Assembly: GCA_038087875.1 (NCBI GenBank)
Contig: CM075997.1
Coordinates: forward strand, 1,428,001 to 1,492,000
From: Malacoraja senta
Lineage: Eukaryota
Reading direction: 5' to 3'
Length of the DNA: 64,000 nt
The position numbers and the translations under genes were made by a program. Shown one piece after another: positions 11,461 to 21,960 of this stretch (its first letter is position 1; the number at the start of each line of letters is the position of its first letter). The notes beneath the pieces are model-generated. The model made no database searches, had not been told where the DNA came from, and saw nothing but the letters and a program-made list of their open reading frames with translations.

Positions 11461-11926
11461 CTGCAGCAAGACAGACATCATGACATTTGTATTAGCGAAA
11501 AGGAAAGGAAAGCTGAAAGGAGAAGCTAGTGTTATAGACAATAGACAATGAACAACAGGTGCAGGAATAGGCCATTCGGCCCTTCGAGCCAGCAACGACA
11601 TTCAATGTGATCATGGCTGATCAACCCCAATCACTACCCCCATTCCTGCCTTCTCCCCATATCCCCTGAAAACCCACACAGGTCACGGGGAGAACGTGCA
11701 AACCCTGTACAGACAGCATCCGCAGTCAGGATTGAACCCGGGTCTCTGGCGCTGCACGCACAGTAAGGTAGCAACTCTAGCCCTAAGCCACCGAGCCACC
11801 TAGAGAGTGACAAGAGAGATCTCGCCAGAAGACGAGACACGGTCTTCCTGACGTAGGTGAGACAGACTACAAGTTAAAATACGGGGGTGAGAGGTACACA
11901 GGTTATTTGGCACTCATTGAACTTAC

Positions 11927-11977
11927 ATGAATATTGTCTAGATCAGGCGAGTACAGGCTAATGTCAGTATCATTTTT
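11927..11977 (-). CDS. IL15L: IL-15-like cytokine, coding exon 2 (AB loop)
   Basis: 51 nt, ttcttgcctttcag / gtaagt, phase 0/0. KNDTDISLYSPDLDNIH has the family DxxLY(T/S)P motif. Confidence 0.92.
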
Positions 11978-13166
11978 CTGAAAGGCAAGAATATTTGTCA
12001 TTTTAAAATAATTTCTCAACGTTCAAAACAGAAAATGTTGCAAAAATACTCACCAAGTCAGGCAGCATCTGCGGAAAGAGAAGCACTGAACAATTCATGT
12101 CGAATCCCCATCACCAGAACTCAATACCTAGATTTTGATTTTAGTTCAGAGATACAGCGAGAAAACAGTCCCTTCGGCCCACCGACAATTGATCAACCCG
12201 TTCACGAGCACTGTCCCACACACTTGGGACCATTTACAGAAGCCAATTAACCCGCAAACCCACACGCCTTTGGAATGTGGGAGGAAACCGGATCACACGG
12301 AGGACCCCACGCGGGTCACGGGGAGAACGTACAAACTCCGTACAGACAGCACCCCTAGTCGGGATCGAACCCGGGACTCTGGCAGCAACTCTACCGCTGC
12401 GCCACAGTGCCGCCCCCCCCCCCCCCCCCCCCATGGTGAGGATGAGAAAAGGCACTTCAATCTCCCTTTCACCAGTGGCACAGCGGTAGAGTTGCTGCCT
12501 TACAGCGCCAGATTCCCTGGTTCAATCCTGACTACGGGTGCTGTCTGTACGGAGTTTGTACGTTCTCCCCGTGACCTGCGTGGGTTTTCTCCGAAATCGT
12601 CGGTTTCCTCCCACACTCCAAAAACGTACAGTTTTGTAGGTTAATTGGCTTGGTAAGAATGTAAAATTGTCCCTAGTATGTGTAGGGTGGTGTTAATGTG
12701 TGTGGATCGCTGGTCGTTGGGAGGGCCGAAGGGCCTGTCCCTCAGATTCCAATTGTATCTTTTCCCCTTCTTCTTAGAGTCATAGAGTTACCGAGTGATA
12801 CAGTGTGGAAATAGATGGCCAACATGCCCCAGTTACACTAGTCCCACCTGCCTGCGCTTGGTCCATGTTACTCCAAATCTGTCCTATCCATGTACCTGTC
12901 TAACTATTTCTTAAACGTTGGGATGGTCCCAGCCTCAACTACCTCCTCTGGCAGCTTGTTCCATACACCCACCACCCTTTGTGTGAAAAAGTTACCCCTC
13001 AGATTCATATTATAGCTTTCCCCTTCACCTTGAACCCATGTCCTCTAGTCCTCGATTCAACTAAGCTGGGCAAGAGATTTTGCATCTACCCGATCTATTC
13101 CTCTCATGATTTTATACATGTTTGTAAGATGAGAAGTGAGGACACAGTGAATCGGCGGTCTCTTAC

Positions 13167-13283
13167 CACCATGCCGCAAAGTCTATTCATGTCGTCGATC
13201 ACGTGTCGCATGCAGCCCACGTGGCTCTGGGCCATCGCCATGATCACACACAGCAGCAGGCAGCAGTAGTCACGGCTCCTCAT
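13167..13283 (-). CDS. IL15L: IL-15-like cytokine, coding exon 1 (signal peptide and helix A)
   Basis: GACATGA start at 13283 with an in-frame stop upstream. MRSRDYCCLLLCVIMAMAQS is a hydrophobic leader, then HVGCMRHVIDDMNRLCGMV (cf. IL-15 VISDLKKI). Donor gtaaga, phase 0. The exon appears to begin at an acceptor tttgcttttcag at 13389. Confidence 0.88.
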
Positions 13284-14708
13284 GTCCGGCCTTGCTTCAG
13301 AGCTGGACCACGACCGTGGGGACGGGCTGGCGAGAGGCACCTCCGCTCCAAACAATCGCACGAGGCCCGACCACCAGGGTCACCATCTTCTGAAAAGCAA
13401 ACCAGTCAGTCCGCTCTCCCACAGTACACTTGTACAACCTCAGTAGCATTACTTGGCAACATGCCTGATGTCCTCAAACCCCTGAGGAAGTCAAGGTGCT
13501 CTCTCCGTCCCACCCCCACCCTAGTTCTCCGACTTGTTGCGTGTCCTCCTTATTAATTCTACTGTTTGTATACCTCGTTGTCACCTTCTCCTCGGCCAAC
13601 AATGAACCACTGTACATGTCCATGATCATCGCCTGTTTTGATCTGTGTAGGAAGGAACTGCAGATGCTGGTTTGCACCGAAGATAGACACAAAATGCGGG
13701 AGTAACTCCGCGGGACAGGCCGCATCTCTGGGTAGAAGGAATGGGTGATGTTTCGGGTTGAGACCCTTCTTCAGACCTTGATCTGGCCTTTACATACCTT
13801 ACCCGTCCATATCTCTTGTCTCCCTCTCCCTTGACTCTCAGTCCAAAGAAGAGTCTCGACCCGAAATGTTACCCATTCCTTCTCTCCAGAGATGCTGCCT
13901 GTCCTGCTGAGTTACTCCAGCATTTTGTGTCTATCTTCGGTGTAAACCAGCATCCCCAACTCCTTCCTATGCATTGTTTGAATATCTGGTATTGCTGGAC
14001 TATCTAATTAAAGTTCATTGGGTTCCTTTTCTGCCTTGAATAATGTCCTACATTTCAAGCCAGGTTTTGATAAGAGCATTATCAAAGCCGACACAAAGTG
14101 CCAGAGTAACTCAGCGGGTCAGACAGCATCTCGGGAGAAACGGAATAGGTGACGTTTCGGATCGAGACCCTTCTTCAGACTGAGAGTCAGGGGAAAGGGA
14201 AACAAGAGGTATAGACGGTGGTACAGAGAGATATAGAAAAAAATGAATGAAAGAAATGCAAAAAAGCAACGATGATAAGCTGTGGGCTAGATGAAAACGA
14301 GCTAAAGACAATGAGACTCAACAAGACGACTTTGAAGCGAGTGCAACGACTTGGGTGCAGGAGGAACGGAGAGAGGAGGGATGCAAGGGTTACTTGAAGT
14401 TAGAGAAATTAATGTTCAGACCGCTGGGTTGTAAGTCGCCCAAGTGAAATATGAGCTGGGTTCCTCCAATTTGCATTTGGCCTCAGTATTTCATGAGCTG
14501 TCCTTGTTATTGCATCAACGTGCTGGACCCAGACCAAGTGGTATTAAGTTGATGTGTTGCTAGATTGTTGGATTCAATGTCGAGCCCTGGATTTTTGATT
14601 TTGATTTGATTTTGATTCAATTTATTGTCATTGCACTTTTCAGTGCAACGAAATGGTTTAGCCTGCAGTCATAACATAGAATAAATAACAAAAAGACACA
14701 CTCAACAC

Positions 14709-17700
14709 CTAGGTAAAAAAAGAGAAGAGGTCCTGAAAGGAGAATTTAGGGAGTTAGGAGTTAAAGAGAAGGACAGCAAAGGTAACAATCTCGGGATTAC
14801 TGCCTGTTCCACGCGACAGTGAGAGTAGGAATGGAGCGAGGTGGAGGATAAATGCGTGGCTGAAGGACTGGTGCAGAAGGCAGGGATTCAAATTTCTGGA
14901 TCATTGGGACCTCTTTTGTGGAAGGTTCGACCTGTACAAAAAGGATGGGTTGCACTTGAACCTGAGGGGGACCGATATCCTGGCAGGGAGATCTGCAAAG
15001 GCTACTGGGGAGACTTTAAACTAGAATGGTTGGGGGGAGGGACCCAAATAGAGAATGCTATTAGACAGTGTGTGAGGCAGGAGGCAGAGAAGGAAAGCAC
15101 TCAGACCCAACATGTAGGGGGGGAAGAAGAAAACAATAATAAACAGAGAATAAGAGGTGGTGGGGTTCTTAAATGGGTGAGCAGAGAAACAGAGGGGTGT
15201 AAAATGCGGGCGGAAGCAATAGGTAGCAAGGTGAAAAGTAAAAGTGGCAGGAAGACAAATCCAGGGCAAAAATCAAAAAGAGCCACTTTTTAACATAATT
15301 GTATAAGGGGTAAGAGCGTTGTAAAAACAAGCCTGAAGGCTTTGTGTCTCAATGCAAGGAGCATTCGTAATAAGGTGGATGAGTTGAACGTGCAGATAGC
15401 AATTAATGATTATGATATAGTTGGGATCACGGAGACATGGCTCCAGGGTGACCAAGGCTGGGAGCTGAACATCCAGGGATATTCAATATTCAGGAGGGAT
15501 AGAGAGAAAGGAAAAGGAGGTGGGGTAGCGTTGCTGGTTAGAGAGGAGATTAACGCAGTGGAAAGGAAGGACATTAGCTTGGAGGATGTGGAATCGGTAT
15601 GGGTAGAGCTGCGAAACACTAAGGGGCAGAAAACGCTGGTGGGTGTTGTGTACAGGCCACCTAGCAGTAGTAGTGAAGTTGGGGATGGCATCAAACAGGA
15701 AATTAGAAATGCGTGCAACAAAGGCAAAACAGTTATAATGGGTGACTTCAATCTACATATAGATTGGGTGAATCAAATTGGCAGGGGTGCTGAGGAAGAG
15801 GATTTCTTGGAATGTATGAGGGATAGTTATCTAAACCAACATGTAGAGGAACCAACGAGAGAGCAGGCTATTCTAGACTGGGTATTGAGTAATGAGGAAG
15901 GGTTAGTTAGCAGACTTGTTGTGCGTGCCCCCTTGGGCAAGAGTGACCATAATATGGTTGAGTTCTTCATTAGGATGGAGAGTGACATTGTTAATTCAGA
16001 AACAACGGTTCTGAACTTAAAGAAAGGTAACTTTGAGGGTATGAGACGTGAATTGGCCAAGATTGATTGGCAATTAGTTCTAAAAGGGTTGACGGTGGAT
16101 ATGCAATGGAAGGCATTTAAAGACTGCATGGATGAACTACAAAAATTGTTCATTCCAGTTTGGCAAAAGAATAAATCAGGGAAGGTAGTGCATCCGTGGA
16201 TAACAAGGGAAATCAGGGATAGTATCAAAGCAAAAGATGATGCGTACAAATTAGCCAGAAAAAGCAGCATACCAGAGGACTGGGAGAAATTCAGAGACCA
16301 GCAGAGGAGGACAAAGGGCTTAATTAGGAAAGGGAAAATAGATTATGAAAGGAAACTGGCAGGGAACATAAAAACTGACTGCAAAAGTTTTTATAGATAT
16401 GTGAAGAGAAAGAGATTAGTTAAAACAAATGTAGGTCCCTTGCAGTCACAAACAGGTGAATTGATCATGGGGAACAAGGATATGGTGGACCAATTGAATA
16501 ACTACTTTGGTTCCGTCTTCACTAAGGAAGACATAAATAATCTGCCGGAAATAGCAGGGGGCCGCGGATCAAAGGAGATGGAGGAACTGAGTGAAATCCA
16601 AGTTAGTCGGGAAGTGGTGTTGGGTAAATTGAATGGATTAAAGGCCGATAAATCACCAGGGCCAGCTAGGCTGCATCCCAGAGTACTTAAGGAAGTAGCT
16701 CCAGAAATAGTGGATGCATTAGTGCTAATTTTTCAAAACTCTTTAGATTCTGGAGTAGTTCCTGAGGATTGGAGGGTAGCAAACGTAACCCCACTTTTTA
16801 AGAAGGGAGAGAGAGAGAAAACGGGGAATTACAGACCAGTTAGTCTAACATCGGTAGTGGGGAAACTGCTAGAGTTAGTTATTAAAGATGGGATAGCAGC
16901 ACATTTGGAAAGTGGTGAAATCATTGGACAAAGTCAGCATGGATTTACGAAAGGTAAATCGTGTCTGACGAATCTTATAGAATTTTTCGAGGATGTAACT
17001 AGTAGAGTGGATAGGGGAGAACCAGTGGATGTGTTGTATCTGGACTTTCAGAAGGCTTTCGACAAGGTACCACATAAGAGATTAGGATACAAACTTAAAT
17101 CACACGGTATTGGGGGTTCAGTATTGATGTGGATAGAGAACTGGCTGGCAAACAGGAAGCAAAGAGTAGGAGTAAACGGGTCCTTTTCACAATGGCAGGC
17201 AGTGACTAGTGGGGTACCGCAAGGCTCAGTGTTGGGACCCCAGCTATTTACAATTTATATTAATGATCTGGACGAGGGAATTGAAAGCAACATCTCCAAG
17301 TTTGCGGATGACACTAAGCTGGGGGGCAGTGTTAGCTGTGAGGAGGATGCTAGGAGACTGCAAGGTGACTTGGATAGGCTGGGTGAGTGGGCAAATGTTT
17401 GGCAGATGCAGTATAATGTGGATAAATGTGAGGTTATCCACTTTGGTGGCAAGAACGGGAAGGCAGACTATTATCTAAATGGTGGCCGATTAGGAAATGG
17501 GGAGATGCAGCGAGACCTGGGTGTCATGGTACACCAGTCATTGAAAGTAGGCATGCAGGTGCAGCAGGCAGTGAAGAAAGCGAATGGTATGTTGGCCTTC
17601 ATAGCAAGAGGATTTGAGTATAGGAGCAGGGAGGTTCTACTGCAGTTGTACAGGGTCTTGGTGAGACCACACCTGGAGTATTGCGTACAGTTTTGGTCTC

Positions 17701-18231
17701 AAAATCTGAGGAAGGACATTATAGCCATAGAGGAAGTGCAGAGAAGGTTCACCAGACTGATTCCTGGGATGTCAGGACTTTCATATGAAGAAAGACTGGA
17801 TAGACTTGGCTTATACTCGCTAGAATTTAGGAGATTGAGAGGGGATCTTATAGAAACATACAAAATTCTTATGGGGTTGGACAGGCTAGATGCAGGAAGA
17901 TTGTTCCCGATGTTGGGGAAGTCCAGGACAAGGGGTCACAGCTTAAGGATAAGGGGGAAATCCTTTAAGACCAGATGAAGAAAAACTTTTTCACACAGAG
18001 AGTGGCGAATCTCTGGAACTCTCTGCCACAGAGGGTAGTTGAGGCCAGTTCATTGGCTATATTTAAGAGGGAGTTAGATGTGGCCCTTGTGGCTAAGGGG
18101 ATCAGGGGGTATGGAGAGAAGGCCGGTACGGGATACTGAGTTGGATGATCAGCCATGATCATATTGAATGGCGGTGCAGGCTCGAAGGGCCGAATGGCCT
18201 ACTCCTGCACCTATTTTCTATGTATCTATGT
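14709..18231 (+). mobile_element. 5'-truncated young CR1-clade (HER1-like) LINE: ORF1 esterase C-terminus, ORF2 and 3' UTR
   Basis: ORF1 remnant ISGLLPVPR...INAWLKDWC...DGLHLN (SGNH-esterase type), followed by ORF2 and a TTTCTATG-type tail. AACAC flanks both sides (14704-14708, 18232-18236). Confidence 0.93.
15342..17978 (+). CDS. CR1 LINE ORF2: APE endonuclease and reverse transcriptase (frameshifted near the C-terminus)
   Basis: 878 aa open. NARS, ITETW, GDFN and SDH endonuclease motifs; YRPVSLTS, DFQKAFD, GVPQGSVLGP and FADD RT motifs. It stops at FKTR* where the sister copy at 39.8 kb continues FKTEMRRTFFTQRV. Confidence 0.95.
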   Translation: MCLNARSIRNKVDELNVQIAINDYDIVGITETWLQGDQGWELNIQGYSIFRRDREKGKGGGVALLVREEINAVERKDISLEDVESVWVELRNTKGQKTLVGVVYRPPSSSSEVGDGIKQEIRNACNKGKTVIMGDFNLHIDWVNQIGRGAEEEDFLECMRDSYLNQHVEEPTREQAILDWVLSNEEGLVSRLVVRAPLGKSDHNMVEFFIRMESDIVNSETTVLNLKKGNFEGMRRELAKIDWQLVLKGLTVDMQWKAFKDCMDELQKLFIPVWQKNKSGKVVHPWITREIRDSIKAKDDAYKLARKSSIPEDWEKFRDQQRRTKGLIRKGKIDYERKLAGNIKTDCKSFYRYVKRKRLVKTNVGPLQSQTGELIMGNKDMVDQLNNYFGSVFTKEDINNLPEIAGGRGSKEMEELSEIQVSREVVLGKLNGLKADKSPGPARLHPRVLKEVAPEIVDALVLIFQNSLDSGVVPEDWRVANVTPLFKKGEREKTGNYRPVSLTSVVGKLLELVIKDGIAAHLESGEIIGQSQHGFTKGKSCLTNLIEFFEDVTSRVDRGEPVDVLYLDFQKAFDKVPHKRLGYKLKSHGIGGSVLMWIENWLANRKQRVGVNGSFSQWQAVTSGVPQGSVLGPQLFTIYINDLDEGIESNISKFADDTKLGGSVSCEEDARRLQGDLDRLGEWANVWQMQYNVDKCEVIHFGGKNGKADYYLNGGRLGNGEMQRDLGVMVHQSLKVGMQVQQAVKKANGMLAFIARGFEYRSREVLLQLYRVLVRPHLEYCVQFWSQNLRKDIIAIEEVQRRFTRLIPGMSGLSYEERLDRLGLYSLEFRRLRGDLIETYKILMGLDRLDAGRLFPMLGKSRTRGHSLRIRGKSFKTR

Positions 18232-18974
18232 AACACAGTTTAACATCCACCACAGTGAGTCCACCAGGCACCTCCTCACTGTGATGGAAGGCAAAAAGTC
18301 CCAAAGTCCATGTCTCTTCCCTCCTTGCTCTCCCTCTGCGCTGAGGCGATCCAGGCCTCCGATGTTGTGACCCCGCCGGGTGATGGTAAGTAAGTCCCGC
18401 GGCTAAATCCGAACGAGCCGGGTCAAACTCCGCGGCCCAGGGCGGTCGAAGTCCAGCGGACGCAGCTGTAGTTGCGGGAGCTACGGAAAAGCAGGTCACC
18501 AACCTGTGACCTGCGAGCTCCCGACGATGTCGTCCACTGGCCATCGTCCGAGCCTCCGAGGCTCCGAAGTCGGGTCGGAAGTCGGGTCGCAACGCCACCA
18601 CAGCCCCGAAGTCGGCCAGCCCCGCGCTGGCAAGTCCCGGCTGGCTCTGCCTCCCGAGCCCCGAGGTCGGTCCCAGATGGAGGCCGCCAGCTCCACGATA
18701 GGCCTCAGCGCAGACGGAGACGGGGGATACGGCAAGAAAGGTCGCATCCCCCCCCGAAGGAAGAGCCAAAAAACATGCTTCTCCCACCCCCCCACACATA
18801 CACAACTAAAATAAACCAAAACAAACCGCAACAACTGGACAAAAGAAAACAAAAAAATAAATGACAAACGGTCTGCAGGCGAGCAGCAGCTGCAAGGCAG
18901 CGCCGCCACTTCCGTTCAAGACAATCCTTTCCACACTTTGCCAAAGTAAATTTTCCTTGACTTTAGAAAGCAAA

Positions 18975-19610
18975 CTCAATGTTAGCATTTATTTCAAGAG
19001 GGCTTGTATACAAAAATGGGGATGTAATGCTGAGGCTCCAAAAGGCGCTGGTAAGGCCATATTTGGAATATTGTGAGCAATGTTGGGCACCATATCTGAA
19101 GAAGGATGTGCTGGCTCTGGAGAGGGTCCAGAGGAGGTTTACAAGAATGATCCCAGGGATGAGTAGGTTAACCTATGATGAGCGTTTGTCAGCACTGGGC
19201 CTGTACTCGCTGGTGTTTAGAAGAATGAAGGGACCCCTCATTGAAACATACAAAATAGTGAAAGGCTTGGATGGAGTGGATGTGGAGAGGATGTTTCTAC
19301 TAGTGGGAGAGTCTAGGACTAGAGGTCATAGCCTCAGAATTAAAGGACGATCTTTTAGGAAGGAGATTAGGAAAAATATCTTTAGTGAGAGGGTGGTGAA
19401 TCTGCGGAATTCTTCGCCACACAAGGCTGTAGAGGCCTAGTCAGTGGATATTGTTAAGGCAGAGATAGATAGATTCTTGATTAGTACGGGTGTCAGAGGT
19501 TACGGGGTGAAGGCAGGAGAATGGGGTTAGGAGGGAGAGATAGATCAGCCATGATTGAATGGCGGAGTAGACTTGATGGGCCGAATGGCCTAACTCTACT
19601 TCTTATGATC
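18975..19610 (+). mobile_element. Older CR1 LINE 3' fragment
   Basis: LVRPYLEYCEQCWAPYLKKD...RTRGHSLRI, followed by a CR1 3' UTR. Confidence 0.85.
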
Positions 19611-21681
19611 TGTAGATAGGCACAAAATGCTGGCGTAAATTAGTGGGACAGGCAGCATCTCTGGAGAGAAGGAATGGGTGACGTTTCGAGTCGAGACGCT
19701 TTCTTCAAAACAAAAGCCCAAAGTCTCGAGGGCTAGAGTCCAAAGTCACTAGTGCAACCATGACCGTTCGTAGTTTGTAGTTTAGTTGGTGTTTATAGTG
19801 TTCAAGAGCCTGATAGTTGTTGGGAAGAAGCTGTTCCTGAACCTGGAGGTCACGGTTTTCAAGCTCCTGTACCTTCTTCCCAATGGCATAAGTGAAATGA
19901 ATGCGTAGCCAGGGTGGTGTGGGTCCTCATGATGCTAACTGTCTTTTAGGGACAGCGCTTCCTATAGATACCATTGATGGTCGCTTGGGCAGCTTACAAC
20001 CCAGTGGTATGAATATTGATTTCTCTGACTTCAAGTAACCCCTGCATTCCCTCTCTCTCCATCCCTTCCCCACCCAAGTCGCACCAGCTTCTCGTTCTCA
20101 CCGAGCAAACAGCTAACAATGGCCTGTTTCCTTTATCATCGTTACTTTTGTTGCATATCGTTCATTCATTTGTTCTATGTCTCTCTACATCACTGTCTAT
20201 ATCTCTCGTTTCCCTTTTCCCTGACTCTCAGACTGAAGAAGGGTCTGGACCCGAAACGTCACCCATTCTTTCTCTCCAGAGATGCTGCCTGTCCCGCTGA
20301 GTTAATACAGAATTTTGTGTCTATCCCAAGTTTGTAGGTTAACTGGCTTGGTATATATGCAAATTGTCCCTAGTGGTGTAGTGTGTGTGCTAAAGTGCGG
20401 GGGTCGCCGGCTGGTCCGGACTCGGTGGGCCGAAGGGTCTGTTTCCGTGCTCTATCTCTGAACTAAAACCAAGCTACAAGCTTATATCTGAAGAAGGGTG
20501 TCGACCCAAAACGTCACCCATTCCTTCTCTCTAGAGATGCTGTCTGTTACTCCAGCTTTTTGTGTCTCTCGACAAGCGTATCTTCCACACATCAAGTAAC
20601 AAGACTAGCCTTCCCACACTCTGCCAATTCCTTAACCTTCTTATTTTACAAGCGATTAAACGCTTTGACTTCGTGCCTCGACTTTAAGGTGGTGGATTTT
20701 CTCACTTTAAAAAAATGCCTCGTAAATTGGTGAAAGATAGTTGCAGAGCTGATGGGACGCTGGCCAACTCCCTTTCCCAAAGAACTCTGTAAAGTCAACA
20801 AACTCCTTCCAATGCTCTTGGCAGCGAGGATATTGGTGGCCTCCGCGGGAAGACTTAACAATAACACCCACACCCCAGATTCCCTTCATCTTTTAGAGGT
20901 GAACACTTTGACTTAATACAGCAATTATATAATCTCTGCATTTTTCTGATAGCTATCATCTGAACCAATATTCTGTTTGGATACTTCAGTTGTTGCTATG
21001 GAAGCGGGGACCATGAGGTTCTGCTGTTGAACAATTTACTGTTTCTGCTGTTGACGAGCTCCGGCTTAGTTTAGGAAAGAACTGCAGGTGCTGGTTTAAA
21101 TCGAAGGTGGACACAAAAATGCTGGAGTAACTCCGCGGGACAGGCAGCAACTCTGGAGAGAAGGAATGGGTGACTTTTCCGGTCGAGACCCTTCTTCAGA
21201 CTAGTTCAGTTTAGTTTATTTTCACGTGTACCGAGGTACAGTGACAAGCTTCGCCTTATCCAGCGGACACATGATTACAATTAAGCCGCCAACAGTTATG
21301 CATCTCTATCATCGCTACTTTTTTTTGCTTATCTTTCATTAATTTGTCCTATATATCTCTTTATTTCACCGTCTACATCTCTCGTTTCCCTTTCCCTGAG
21401 AGTCAGTCTGAAGAAGGGTCGCGACCCGAAACGTCACCTATTCCTTTGGCTCATTCGCTGGGACCAAACCCCGGGTAATGGGGGCAGCAGAAGATAACCC
21501 CCGGGGGCGAGTGGCCAAGAAACCGCACGGATCAATAAGTTAAACTCTCCCAAAAGAGACATTCGCGGTGAAACATTCGTCCCAGGTCTTCAAACTCTCC
21601 TTCCAGTTGCATTTCGCGACCGCCTAGGCAAACCTCTACTTGATTTTTAAAAAAGCCACGCAAAGCGAGATTCAGACTTAC

Positions 21682-21960
21682 AGCGTGCTAGTTAGTTCTG
21701 GACTTCAGTCCTGGAAGCGTCAAACATCGACTGCAGTGAAAGCGAGAGAGGCTTTGGAGAACGGACTGACGGCTCCGGGAGACAGCGTCTAATTGGTTGC
21801 ATTGGAGCTAGCAACTAACCCTTCCCTCTGCAGAATGGTGAGCTGGAAACGTCCCAACCCGCAGCAGTGATTCACCCTCTTCACCCCTCCCCCCTCCCCC
21901 CTCTCCCTCCCCCTCCCTCTCTCCAAAGACACCTCCCATCCCCGACGTAGGAAGTTGACA
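21682..21960 (-). promoter_or_regulatory. Candidate promoter and non-coding first exon of the IL-15-like gene
   Basis: Unique, CpG-containing sequence between globin X and IL15L. Consensus donor GCT|gtaagt at 21682/21681, kB-like GGGACGTTTCC (21845-21855), IRF-like AGTGAAAGCGAGA (21735-21747), ETS AGGAAGT near 21950. Confidence 0.4.

Larger units (their letters stand above)
14590..18915 (-). mobile_element. Non-coding SINE-like or non-autonomous element split by the CR1 (parts at about 14590-14708 and 18232-18915)
   Basis: On the minus strand it opens with a GC-rich head (CGGAAGTGGCGGCGCTG) and ends in AATAAA plus an (AATCAA)n tail. The two halves join across the AACAC duplication. Confidence 0.5.

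Noticed and set aside
20646..20960. Short ORFs in unique sequence, possibly a second cytokine exon
   Set aside because: There is no CxxC motif or correct spacing, and no convincing pair of splice sites.
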